Shown here: piece by piece, positions 56,701 through 64,000 of the stretch
Numbering within the stretch: the first letter of the stretch is position 1
How the letters are laid out: each line of letters starts with the position of its first letter
Source: a bacterium
GTDB lineage: Bacteria; Zixibacteria; MSB-5A5; GN15; FEB-12
DNA length: 64,000 nt
NCBI GenBank assembly: GCA_043819515.1
Contig: JBDRES010000003.1
Location: 2,522 to 66,521, forward strand
Direction of reading: 5' to 3'
Program-made: the position numbers and the translations under genes
The notes under the pieces: generated by a model
Seen by the model: the letters and a program-made list of their open reading frames with translations, nothing else
What the model was told of the DNA's origin: nothing
Databases searched by the model: none

Positions 56701-57906
56701 GTCGGCGATACCACCCAGGCCTGCTTAACGGCCACCGTCGTCGGTAATCATACCCTTGAGCTGCGAGCCTGTTCCGACTGCGGCTGTTCCGCACCGACGT
56801 CGGCGCAGTCCATTGCTGTCGTCGCCACCCCGACGGCAACGCCGGTGCTGACGGCGGATTTTGACACCGTCTGTACCGGCCATCAGGTCTGCCTGAGTTG
56901 GACAGCCGTCCCCGACGCCGGGGGCTACCAGCTGCGGCGTGATGACGGGGACTGGGTCGATCTCGGCGACGTATTGCAGTACTGCATTCAGCCGGACACG
57001 GTTGGAACTTATGAGTATCAGCTCCGGGCCTGCAACGGTTGCGGCTGCGGTCCGGTCGGGCCCGGGTACCGCATCACCGTGATCGCCGCCACCGCCACGC
57101 CCACCACATTGGCCGTGTCCAACCCGGCACCATGTGCCGGCGGGCGATTCTGCCTGAGTTGGGATCCGGTGCCGAATGCCATTCGTTACGAGATTCGTGA
57201 GGGCGGGGGCGGGTTCACCAGTATCGGTCTGGTCACCCAGTACTGCTTATCCAAAAGCGATGGTGGCATCTACTCCTACGCCGTGAAGGCCTGTGGCAAT
57301 TGCGGCTGCAGCGGTATCAGCGACAGTGTTTTGGTCACCGTAAAAGCACCTCCGGAGCGGCCGGTTCTGACCGATTGTCAGCCGATTCCGGGCGCGCTGA
57401 GTTTGACCTGGATGGCCGCTGCCGGGGCCGACAGCTATGATGTCTATCGTGACGGTATCAAACTGGGTTCGACGGCGGCCACTGACTACGCCGATGTGCA
57501 ACCCCCTGGCGGCGTACACAAGTATTATGTCGTGGCCGTCAATGCCTGTGGGTCGGCGGCCTCCGAAGACACCTGCGTGACTTCATCACCCACCGATGTT
57601 GCCGGGGAGAGCGACTCCGAATTGCCCGACCGCTTTGAACTGGGGCAGAATTATCCCAATCCCTTCAATCCCGAGACCTGGATCGAGTTTGCCTTGCCCA
57701 GGCAGGCAATGGTGCATCTGGAAATCTATAACATCCTCGGGCGCCGGGTGCGGGTTCTGGTTGACGGGTCAGTAGGTGTCGGCCGAAAGATCGTGCTCTG
57801 GGACGGCACTGATGACGGTGGTAAGGCCGTCTCGTCCGGTGTATATTTCTATCGTCTCCAGGCGGATGATTTCCTGGCCACTCGGAAGATGCTGCTGATG
57901 CGTTAG
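53779..57906 (+). CDS. 1375-aa secreted T9SS cargo protein: unknown N-terminal domain, 11 tandem Cys-rich FN3-like repeats, T9SS type-A C-terminal sorting domain
   Basis: Signal peptide (LLWCGLIAGNAPAQE). TTG start at 53779 behind GGAAGG, with an alternative ATG at 53797. The repeats are described under 54484..57345. The last ~94 aa (FELGQNYPNPFNPETWIEF...GVYFYRLQADDFLATRKMLLMR) form the T9SS CTD. Confidence 0.8.
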   Translation: MFIKRPMFRFLGLLLWCGLIAGNAPAQECDSLPDHFLFSSSSGLSHLFGLDSTSGCNLDTCDELAIYDGGLCVGATVFLGSWPVTIEAYADDDLTPDVDGFQPGNMASLRIWDASEATEIDLVAAHYSAGGGAFATGAVSQLWCECCDSMATPPAPILPGEPLCPGTAFAVHWPWQAAATGYQLFLDGGLIYDGADSTVDIIAGPGHHDLHLLALNPCRTTDPGPAATVIVRDSIDAPASPSVVPDTVCTGDLYCVTWSSVTGAVRYEFQEAGGLWVDVGNATQRCLAKSAPGSYVYQVRACDDCGCGQPSVDVSVAVIEAPGRVSLPQASPNPVCLGEQYCLSWSGVAGATHYEVREDSGFWTNVGSSTQICLTKNSVDSHYYEVRACNECGCGQPSATEVVTVQVAPATPTVPNTGANPVCTGQKYCLSWTAVPTATHYELSENGAAWVSLGDTTSICFTREVAGYYSYRIRAGNSCGYSGASPARTVTVLATPPSPGAPIINVDPACIGQEFCLSWSPIGTATYYEISEDGAAYDSVGNITSLCLTRDSAAIYSFRVRACNSCGCGEPSLPRNVDVRPMIEPPATIESSVERPCAGGAFCISWSTVPGATSYQLRSDSGNWISMASGTQSCYAYGSAGTHVFEVRACDACGCGEAGRPVVVPVIQAPLPPDSLAVSNDRICLGQSICLSWPSAEGAERYEIRQDAGIWTDLGDINEVCYTPTAPGGYSYEIRGCNECGCGQPDTMVTILVEPAPATPASFSASPNPACINQEYCVSWDPVTGADYYELSVDGGDWTTIGLVNQVCYTQGEISRHHYQVRACDECGCSQPTGEMIVAVDLLMGSPGEIQLSSTVICPEGEVCLSWDAVSLTNHYEVRVDSSGWITCGDSTNICRDLSEQRDYVFEVRACGDCGCSDPSPPAVVSVQTAPGTPAQLTLSVDTACLGSDYCLSWPTTPGATRYEYRLAGGNWAAVGDTTQACLTATVVGNHTLELRACSDCGCSAPTSAQSIAVVATPTATPVLTADFDTVCTGHQVCLSWTAVPDAGGYQLRRDDGDWVDLGDVLQYCIQPDTVGTYEYQLRACNGCGCGPVGPGYRITVIAATATPTTLAVSNPAPCAGGRFCLSWDPVPNAIRYEIREGGGGFTSIGLVTQYCLSKSDGGIYSYAVKACGNCGCSGISDSVLVTVKAPPERPVLTDCQPIPGALSLTWMAAAGADSYDVYRDGIKLGSTAATDYADVQPPGGVHKYYVVAVNACGSAASEDTCVTSSPTDVAGESDSELPDRFELGQNYPNPFNPETWIEFALPRQAMVHLEIYNILGRRVRVLVDGSVGVGRKIVLWDGTDDGGKAVSSGVYFYRLQADDFLATRKMLLMR
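54484..57345 (+). repeat. Coding tandem array: 11 x ~87-aa (~261-bp) diverged repeats
   Basis: Consensus by eye: P..(V/A)C.G..(Y/F)C(L/V)SW....GA..YE(V/I)R......W...G..TQ.C........Y.Y.VRAC(N/D).CGC(G/S).P. Each unit has six conserved Cys. Repeat 3 has lost the CxxCGC motif (GNSCGYSG). Degenerate Cys-poor FN3-like units flank the array on both sides. Confidence 0.8.
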
Positions 57907-58169
57907 ATGCAAATATGTCAGATATCCCCTGATCGCCCGGCGCCAGCTCGTCATCTGCTCTTCTTGCTCGTCTTGTTAGAAACATCTTGGCAAGAGGTGT
58001 ATGTTAAAATGGACAGTCGTATCTTCAGCCTCTGACCTTGTTCCCAGCTTATTAGCTGTAATATGTTTGCACTGACCAGTCGATGTTAGGGAATAGGTTC
58101 GCCGGCGGAGTGCTCTGAATCTTGCAACTTGTTTCGGTCACTACGATGCGAAACACTAAGGAAAGTGAG

Positions 58170-59075
58170 ATGTTGATAAGAAGACTGTTGTTGGTGTCGT
58201 TGGTGATGTCTGTAGCCGTACTTGCAGCTACAGGGGATTACAACGATCCTGCCACTGCATCGGGGACGAATTGGACCGATCCCACTAACGTATTTGCTGA
58301 CGATGGCAGTAGAACAATCTATGCTAATACAACACAAGATACTCTCTATGTGACTAATTTCACCGTCGGAGTCCCTTCCAATGCAGTCATTGATTCGATA
58401 TATCTGAGAGTCAATGGTAATGGTGCGGCAGTTCTTGCCGGCGGCCGAGAAATTGATGTTGCGCTGACAAAGAATGGTAGTAGCTATGTCGGAGATCTCA
58501 TGTACGGAGCACTAGCTAAAGATACTGATGCTGATCTAACCGGCACCGGCGCTACAAATCCCCTGTGGGGTGCAACCTGGACACCTGCTGAAATCAACGC
58601 TACGACCTTTGGCGTAATAATATTCAAGAGGAACACAAGCGCTGATGCAATAAACATTGACCACGTGCAATTGAAAGTGTTCTGGACGGTATCGATAAGT
58701 GTCTCAGTTGGCGACCCGACATTTACTTTCGGCACCAATCTACTGAACACTTGGCTGACAGCCCAAACCAGCGTCATCACCAACGATGGAACAGGTGCCG
58801 AGAATTTCATCGGTCAAATCAGCCAGTTCACAGACGGTACCGATAGTTGGACGATCAGCGACGCAGTCAATGGAGCCGATCAGATTCGCGCGCAGTGGTC
58901 AACGACTAGTGATTCAGGACCCTGGACCGATATCTCAGCCTATGCAACAGATTTCACCATTGCCACCGGTGTGGCAGCCTCCGGCACAGTCACCCTGTGG
59001 TTTCGTATTGAAACACCGACCAGCACTGTCTCCCACAATGAGTACTCTTCCACCATGACTGTGACAGCTGAGTAG
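58170..59075 (+). CDS. Secreted hypothetical protein (two beta-rich domains; C-terminal domain paralogous to the next gene)
   Basis: I place the start at ATG 58170, behind AAGGAAAG. Signal peptide LLLVSLVMSVAVLAATG. The C-terminal half (FTFGT...VITNDGTGAENF...LWFRIETPTSTVSHNEYSSTMTVTAE) aligns by eye with 59287..59826. Confidence 0.55.
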   Translation: MLIRRLLLVSLVMSVAVLAATGDYNDPATASGTNWTDPTNVFADDGSRTIYANTTQDTLYVTNFTVGVPSNAVIDSIYLRVNGNGAAVLAGGREIDVALTKNGSSYVGDLMYGALAKDTDADLTGTGATNPLWGATWTPAEINATTFGVIIFKRNTSADAINIDHVQLKVFWTVSISVSVGDPTFTFGTNLLNTWLTAQTSVITNDGTGAENFIGQISQFTDGTDSWTISDAVNGADQIRAQWSTTSDSGPWTDISAYATDFTIATGVAASGTVTLWFRIETPTSTVSHNEYSSTMTVTAE

Positions 59076-59286
59076 CGAAAACATGGTGTTGGACATCGGC
59101 TATATAGTCATAATGTCGGCTTCGACAACTACCTGAGCCGAGCAATGCGATGCGAGGGTCAGATCGCTCCCCCCTCATACACCCTCGGGCCCCCCTCGTC
59201 TTTTCCATCGGTACTTCCGATCTCTTACTACTACTAGTGTGCTGGCAAAGCACATCCCTGGAAACCGTTTTTCGGAAAGGTCCAAC

Positions 59287-59826
59287 ATGAAACGCACGAT
59301 GACTGTGAGTCTGGCTGTCTTGCTGTGCGGTCTCGTCATTACCCTGACGGCCGTGGAGGTATTGGCTGCCAACCCAGCCACGATTAGTGTCACGGTGACC
59401 ATTCAGAGTCTGAGTGTCACTGCTACAGGTCCATTGGCCTTTGGAACTGTACTAGCGTCAAGCGAAACCGTGTCGACTGATTCGTCGCATGTTGTTAACG
59501 CCGGCAACGTTGCTGAAACTTATGCCATCAAGTTGACGAATCCGGGAGGCTGGACTGCAACATCAGGAGCACCCGGATCAGAGACTTATCGTTTGAGTGC
59601 TCAGTTTAACGCCACTAAACCAACAGCGGTCAGCTTTGATGCGGACACCTATCTGACAACTTCTGACCAAACCTCGTCAGCTACGATTTTCGCCGGTGAT
59701 CAAACCGGACTGGCGGTTGCTGCCAGTGCAGCTCGTTACCTATGGATCAAATTTGAGGCGCCGACCAGTACAACTGTAACGACAGAGCAGGATATCACGG
59801 TGACAATTACAGCTTCGGCGGCGTAG
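59287..59826 (+). CDS. Secreted hypothetical beta-sandwich-like protein (179 aa)
   Basis: I place the start at ATG 59287. Signal peptide LAVLLCGLVITLTAVEVLAA. LAFGT...VVNAGNVAETY...LWIKFEAPTSTTVTTEQDITVTITASAA is paralogous to the C-terminal domain of the previous protein. Confidence 0.55.
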   Translation: MKRTMTVSLAVLLCGLVITLTAVEVLAANPATISVTVTIQSLSVTATGPLAFGTVLASSETVSTDSSHVVNAGNVAETYAIKLTNPGGWTATSGAPGSETYRLSAQFNATKPTAVSFDADTYLTTSDQTSSATIFAGDQTGLAVAASAARYLWIKFEAPTSTTVTTEQDITVTITASAA

Positions 59827-59931
59827 TACAGGCTCAAAACGCTTGACGTGGGTCATAAAACAGTGGCTTCATTTAGCCAAGGACAAGTTTGAAATTTTAT
59901 ACGGATTATACTCCGTTCAAGGAGAGGTGTG

Positions 59932-60858
59932 ATGAGAAAAATCGGATTTTTCTTTGCCCTCGGTTTAGCCCTGGCTGCGGTCGTAAACATACCTGACATA
60001 TCGGTGGCCGGTGGCCTGAGCACTCAGCTGGGTGAAGTAGTGATTGAGAACCTTCAGATTGGGCAGACTTACAATCTGAGAGAATTGGCTAATCTGCAGT
60101 TGATCGTTACCAACACCGGAGAAATCTCGGTGGATTTGCAGATGGACGTTCTTGTTCCCGACAGCGGTGAGCTCAAACAGGGAGCAGCCGCCGTTCCAGA
60201 TGTATCATGGATAGCGCTCAGCCGGAATCTATTCGCATTGGAGCCAAATCAGAATGCCACAGCCGATGTAGTAATATCCATTCCGGATGACGATCAATTC
60301 CTCGGCAAGAAATATCAGGTGAATGTCTGGTCACATACGCTTGGCGTCGGTTCCATGAACTTGGCGGTGGGGCTCAAAAGTCGGATTATCTTCACGACTG
60401 ATACGGTCAAAGCAGACGCCCACCAGGTATCAACAAGATCTAGTGCGAGCGTTGACTTCACAATGGCACCAGGAGAGATCTACGTCGACAATGTACCGCT
60501 GGGCAAGAGTCACGATATTGGCAAGGCGGCCGGGAAAGTTCTCACAGTGACGAATAATGGTGAGCGTGAACAGGTCTATAAGATCCAGAGTCGGACTGTG
60601 GCGAATTCCTCTGCAACACTTACGGCTGATTATGTAGATACTCCGGACGCGGCCTTTTTGAGTTTTGACAAGTACGAATTCACCCTTTCGCCCATGGGGA
60701 CAACAACCGTGAACATGTACCTGGAATTCCCGCCAAAAGAGGAGTTCGCCGGCAAGAACTTCATGTTCATAATTCGCGCCTATACAGTGGGCGACGAGGT
60801 GAGCACTGGAGTCTATTCGCGGGTGTACGCGTCAATCCAGAAGAGTATGAGGGAATGA
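59932..60858 (+). CDS. Secreted hypothetical protein with two tandem Ig/CARDB-like domains
   Basis: ATG 59932 lies behind AAGGAGAGG. Signal peptide FFFALGLALAAVVNI. There are two units carrying L.V.N.G motifs (LIVTNTGEISVDL and LTVTNNGEREQVY). Confidence 0.55.
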   Translation: MRKIGFFFALGLALAAVVNIPDISVAGGLSTQLGEVVIENLQIGQTYNLRELANLQLIVTNTGEISVDLQMDVLVPDSGELKQGAAAVPDVSWIALSRNLFALEPNQNATADVVISIPDDDQFLGKKYQVNVWSHTLGVGSMNLAVGLKSRIIFTTDTVKADAHQVSTRSSASVDFTMAPGEIYVDNVPLGKSHDIGKAAGKVLTVTNNGEREQVYKIQSRTVANSSATLTADYVDTPDAAFLSFDKYEFTLSPMGTTTVNMYLEFPPKEEFAGKNFMFIIRAYTVGDEVSTGVYSRVYASIQKSMRE

Positions 60859-61406
60859 AATCCCATTCTCGAAATGTACTTACCCTACTGACAGCGGGGG
60901 CCGTGGGAGTTCTGGTTGGTTTCTCATTGTTGTTAGCGACTGTCATCCCGGCCACGACGGCGCAAAACACTTCAAAAACCGGTATCAAAGACCCGTTTAA
61001 TACAACATATGATCGTGAGGACCGTCCAGGTAACCTCGATCCGGAAACCGCTGCTCGGGGGGCAGGATCTAACATATCTGTAACCGTTACAGTTACTTCG
61101 CTGATCACCGGGAACCCATCGCTACCCGAACGATTCTCCCTGGCTCAGAATTTCCCCAACCCGTTTAACTCAACCACTTCTATCGAATATGATCTGCCGA
61201 TTTCCAGCGATGTTACTATCGATCTCTACAACATGCTCGGGCAGAAGGTTCGGACTCTGGTGGATGGCTACAAGGCTGCAGGGTACTACACAGTCGAGTG
61301 GGATGGCAAGACGAGCAGTGGCCGAGCCGTCGCAACCGGAGTTTATCTATATCGCATCCAGGCCGGCAGCTTTGTCAAAACAAAGAAGATGATTCTGCTG
61401 AAATGA
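60855..61406 (+). CDS. Small T9SS type-A sorting-domain protein with ~55-aa passenger
   Basis: ATGA overlap with the upstream stop. N-terminal hydrophobic leader ending TTAQ. The short passenger is followed by FSLAQNFPNPFNSTTSIEYDLP...GVYLYRIQAGSFVKTKKMILLK, which is the T9SS CTD. Confidence 0.75.
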   Translation: MKSHSRNVLTLLTAGAVGVLVGFSLLLATVIPATTAQNTSKTGIKDPFNTTYDREDRPGNLDPETAARGAGSNISVTVTVTSLITGNPSLPERFSLAQNFPNPFNSTTSIEYDLPISSDVTIDLYNMLGQKVRTLVDGYKAAGYYTVEWDGKTSSGRAVATGVYLYRIQAGSFVKTKKMILLK

Positions 61407-61427
61407 CCAGAGCTTGATACTTCTTTG

Positions 61428-61460
61428 GAAAGGACAGGCATTGGCCTGTTCTTTCTTTTT
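61428..61460 (+). terminator. Rho-independent terminator closing the 58.2-61.4 kb operon
   Basis: GAAAGGACAGGC-attg-GCCTGTTCTTTC is a 12-bp stem with one G-U, followed by TTTTT, 22 nt after the stop. Confidence 0.75.
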
Positions 61461-61632
61461 ATCATAGATTCCGACTTGTAGTCTTCTGTCAGAGAACCAT
61501 TAGGATTTCAGACCAAGGCCAGGACCCTTGTGGTCCTGACGATCCGGCGTCATTGTACGTCTATGTCCACACTCAGTCGTCACGGTCCTGGACGGGGATC
61601 AGATCCCACTGCTGGCTGCCGGCCGAAGCTCC

Positions 61633-63120
61633 CTATCTGCGCCGGGTAGGTCTCGGGCGGGACTTGGCTGGCGGTCGACTCGAGCGCGATGGCTTGCTTC
61701 TGGTCGGCTCCTCCGCCAACGGTAGCTCCGGAGGGCGAGACTGCAGTGATTGCTGGTAGTATTCATCGAGCAGCATCGCCACCAGACCGGATTCCGGCTC
61801 CTGTTGGCTGAGGCTCTGGGCCAACGGCACGAAGCGCTGCATGCGCTCAATCTGCAGTTTGTCGTGTTCACGCAGCCTGGCTTCGAGGAGGGCGATAACC
61901 CGTTGTGAAACTATCGTTGCCACGTCGTCATCGGTAGGCAGGGGGCGTTCCTGAAGATCAATGTCAAAGCGCTGGCCGATAAGAGTCAACTCTCGCTTTT
62001 GCATCCCGCTCACCAGTGAGATGGCTCGGCCGCTGGCCCCGGCCCGGCCGGTGCGACCGATACGGTGGATGTAGGCCTCGGGATCATCCGGCGGTTCGTA
62101 CAGGATAACACAGGAAAGATCGGGGATGTCGATACCGCGGGCAGCCACGTCGGTGGCCACCAGCAGACGCAACTTGCCCTGCCGGGCCCGGGCCATGACC
62201 CGCTCACGGGCCGATTGCGAGAGGTCGGAACTGAGTTCATCGGCATCATAACCAAATCGCTGGAGTACCACCGTCACGAAATGGACCGTAGTCTTGGTGT
62301 TGCAAAAGATGATGGCCGAGGACGGATTCTCCAGCTCGATGATGCGAACCAGACAGCGTTCCTTTTCCATGGCCGGAACCACGTAAAAGACATTCTCAGT
62401 CTCGGCCACATTGATGCGGTCTCGACTGAGGCTCAAAAAGCCCGGGTCGACCAGAAATTGCCGAGCCAAACGCAACACGTGGGTGGGGAAGGTAGCCGAG
62501 AACATATAGGAACTGAGGCGTCGCTTAGGCAGATAACGTTGGATCGCCTTCATGTCCGGGTAAAAGCCCATCGACAGCATCCTGTCCGCTTCATCAAAAA
62601 CCAGAATCTGAAGATCCTCAAGCGACAGCGAGGCGCGCAGCAGATGGTCCAAAAGGCGACCAGGGGTGCCTACCACGAGATGAGCGCCGGCCCGGAAGGC
62701 GTCCAGCTGGGCGCCGTATCCGACGCCACCATAAACCACGGCCGTGCGGATGCCGCGATCTCGGGCCATCAATTCCGCCTCTTGTGCGACCTGACGGGCC
62801 AACTCGCGGGTCGGCACCAGGACCAAGGCCTGGCAGGTGGCCCGGTTCGGATCCACGCGATGCAATATGGGCAGGACGAAGGCGCCGGTTTTGCCGCTGC
62901 CGGTGCGGGCCTGAATCATCAGATCGCGACCCTCAAGCACATACGGGATGGTTTTGGACTGAACCGGCATAAGATCGGTCCAGCCGACTCGTTTCATGGA
63001 GTCTTGCATCGACTCCGGAAGTGTGTCCAGGGTTGCCTCGGCCAACGCGTCGGCAGGTTCGGTGACGTCCTTATCGAAGGATCGGTCGGTGGCGGTAGAA
63101 TTCAGGTCTCTTTTTGTCAC
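61633..63120 (-). CDS. DEAD-box ATP-dependent RNA helicase with basic C-terminal tail
   Basis: Q-motif region (WTDLMPVQ), motif I ARTGSGKTGAF, motif II VFDEADRML, SAT, ARGIDI and HRIGRTGRAG. The tail is rich in R/P/S. The start is uncertain. I favour GTG 63120 (GGAG 13 nt upstream), with ATG 63009 as the alternative. The long ORF-track start at 63279 adds an implausible Cys/Arg-rich extension. Confidence 0.8.
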   Translation of the reverse strand: MTKRDLNSTATDRSFDKDVTEPADALAEATLDTLPESMQDSMKRVGWTDLMPVQSKTIPYVLEGRDLMIQARTGSGKTGAFVLPILHRVDPNRATCQALVLVPTRELARQVAQEAELMARDRGIRTAVVYGGVGYGAQLDAFRAGAHLVVGTPGRLLDHLLRASLSLEDLQILVFDEADRMLSMGFYPDMKAIQRYLPKRRLSSYMFSATFPTHVLRLARQFLVDPGFLSLSRDRINVAETENVFYVVPAMEKERCLVRIIELENPSSAIIFCNTKTTVHFVTVVLQRFGYDADELSSDLSQSARERVMARARQGKLRLLVATDVAARGIDIPDLSCVILYEPPDDPEAYIHRIGRTGRAGASGRAISLVSGMQKRELTLIGQRFDIDLQERPLPTDDDVATIVSQRVIALLEARLREHDKLQIERMQRFVPLAQSLSQQEPESGLVAMLLDEYYQQSLQSRPPELPLAEEPTRSKPSRSSRPPAKSRPRPTRRR

Positions 63121-63286
63121 GGTGCTGATCGTACTCCAAATATGCTGTGTTTCGAGGCGGAAGATACGGCTTAAGATTTGTTTTGTACAGATCAAAAGAA
63201 GTATCCGTCGATTTCGTCGGTTGGGGAAACAAAAGCAGGGGGCTGCGTGTTGGACCCGGTATGGCCTTGACGGTGACAAGAATTAG

Positions 63287-63315
63287 TTGCCTGGCGGTTG
63301 CCATATGGCTATACT
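63287..63315 (+). promoter_or_regulatory. Sigma-70-like promoter candidate for the P-type ATPase gene
   Basis: TTGCCT (63287..63292), 17-nt spacer, TATACT (63310..63315). Confidence 0.3.
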
Positions 63316-63346
63316 TGTACCGTGTCTATGTGGATTTATAAAATCC

Positions 63347-64000
63347 ATGTTGAAGGACGAGAGTGAGTTGAGAAAGTCGCTACCGACCACGCCAAACGAA
63401 CAGAAGGCCACTAAGGCGCCGTGTGTCCATTGCGGACTGGACTGCCCGGACGACAGTGTTGCTCTGGGTCGCCATCTCTTCTGTTGCCGGGGTTGCCGGG
63501 CTGTCTACCGGCTTCTGAACGAGAGCGGCCTGCAAGGATACTATCGCGAAACCGAGACTCCGGGAACACGCCCCCGACTGGAACGTTTGGGTTCCCGTTT
63601 TGGCTTTCTGGACGATCACAACCTGCAGCAGAAATTGATCGACTTTAGCGACGGTCACGTCACCCGTCTGCGCTTGAAACTGCCCCAAATGCACTGCTCA
63701 TCCTGCTTGTGGCTCTTGGAGAATCTATACCGCATCAATCAGGGCATTCTTTCCTCACGAGCCAACTTCGGTCGCAAAGAACTGTCGCTGACCTTCGACC
63801 AGGAGGTGATTTCGTTGCGAGGGGTGGTCGAGCTGCTCACTCGTCTCGGGTACGAACCGGAATTGCGACTGGATGCCACCGACGTGCCCGGCACCAATCC
63901 GCGGCGTCGTCTGTACACGCAATTGGGGGTGGCCGGATTCTGCTTCGCCAATATCATGCTCCTGAGTTTTCCGGAATATCTCGCCGGTCGAGGTATCAGT
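63347..64000 (+). CDS. Heavy-metal (copper) translocating P-type ATPase, CcoI/FixI-like, N-terminal part only (runs off window)
   Basis: This CDS is not in the supplied ORF track because it has no stop in the window. My own translation from ATG 63347 is open for 218 codons. It gives ...APCVHCGLDCPDDSVALGRHLFCCRGCRAVYRLL (FixI/CcoI-type N-terminal Cys motif), an HMA-like LPQMHCSSCLWLLE (CxxC), and the first TM region LGVAGFCFANIMLLSFPEYL. Confidence 0.7.
   Translation, partial: MLKDESELRKSLPTTPNEQKATKAPCVHCGLDCPDDSVALGRHLFCCRGCRAVYRLLNESGLQGYYRETETPGTRPRLERLGSRFGFLDDHNLQQKLIDFSDGHVTRLRLKLPQMHCSSCLWLLENLYRINQGILSSRANFGRKELSLTFDQEVISLRGVVELLTRLGYEPELRLDATDVPGTNPRRRLYTQLGVAGFCFANIMLLSFPEYLAGRGIS

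Noticed and set aside
54484-57345. Repeat array as a non-coding satellite or assembly artefact
   Set aside because: The repeats are in frame within one uninterrupted 1375-codon ORF. They are diverged at the nucleotide level but conserve Cys, Trp and Tyr positions at the protein level, which indicates selection on a coding repeat.
62065-63174. 369-aa plus-strand ORF
   Set aside because: It is antisense to the DEAD-box helicase, in which all helicase motifs are in order.
63121-63279. Upstream extension of the helicase ORF to ATG 63279
   Set aside because: It adds MSPSRPYRVQHAAPCFCFPNRRNRRILLL..., which is unlike helicase N-termini. It would also leave almost no promoter space next to the divergent ATPase promoter.

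Overview
This 64-kb chromosomal window comes from a Gram-negative, probably uncultivated bacterium. Two proteins end in a T9SS type-A C-terminal sorting domain (NYPNPFNPETWIEF / NFPNPFNSTTSIEY), which points to the FCB group or allied candidate phyla. I support about 55 protein genes and one tRNA-Lys(UUU). I found no rRNA, CRISPR array, transposase or integrase. All product calls rest on motif recognition by eye, because no database search was possible. Housekeeping genes include rsmB, asnS, purA, engB, lon, cysK/cysE, murQ and a DEAD-box helicase. A P-type ATPase runs off the 3' edge and is missing from the ORF track. Four accessory blocks sit between the housekeeping genes. (1) The top candidate for a novel system lies at about 38.8-47.8 kb. 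It is an AmmeMemoRadiSam (AMMECR1 / MEMO / radical SAM) locus of unknown function in which proteins B and A are fused, several components carry Sec- or Tat-type leaders, and the genes sit beside two DUF362 proteins, a NapH-like polyferredoxin and a fused MFS/spermidine-synthase-like membrane protein. A second, leaderless B-A fusion lies at 32 kb. (2) At 53.8-61.4 kb there is a 1375-aa T9SS cargo protein with 11 tandem Cys-rich 87-aa repeats. It is followed by an AT-richer four-gene operon of secreted beta-rich proteins that ends in a near-passenger-less T9SS CTD protein. (3) A serine-palmitoyltransferase-like enzyme is paired with a GNAT-fold protein at 10.4-12.8 kb. (4) A PpsA-like swivel-His protein is translationally coupled to an orphan response regulator at 47.9-51.6 kb. 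Smaller observations are a predicted pseudokinase, a 92-bp tandem duplication carrying terminator hairpins, a tRNA embedded in a 15-bp extended helix, and candidate sRNA or terminator structures in two long intergenic regions.
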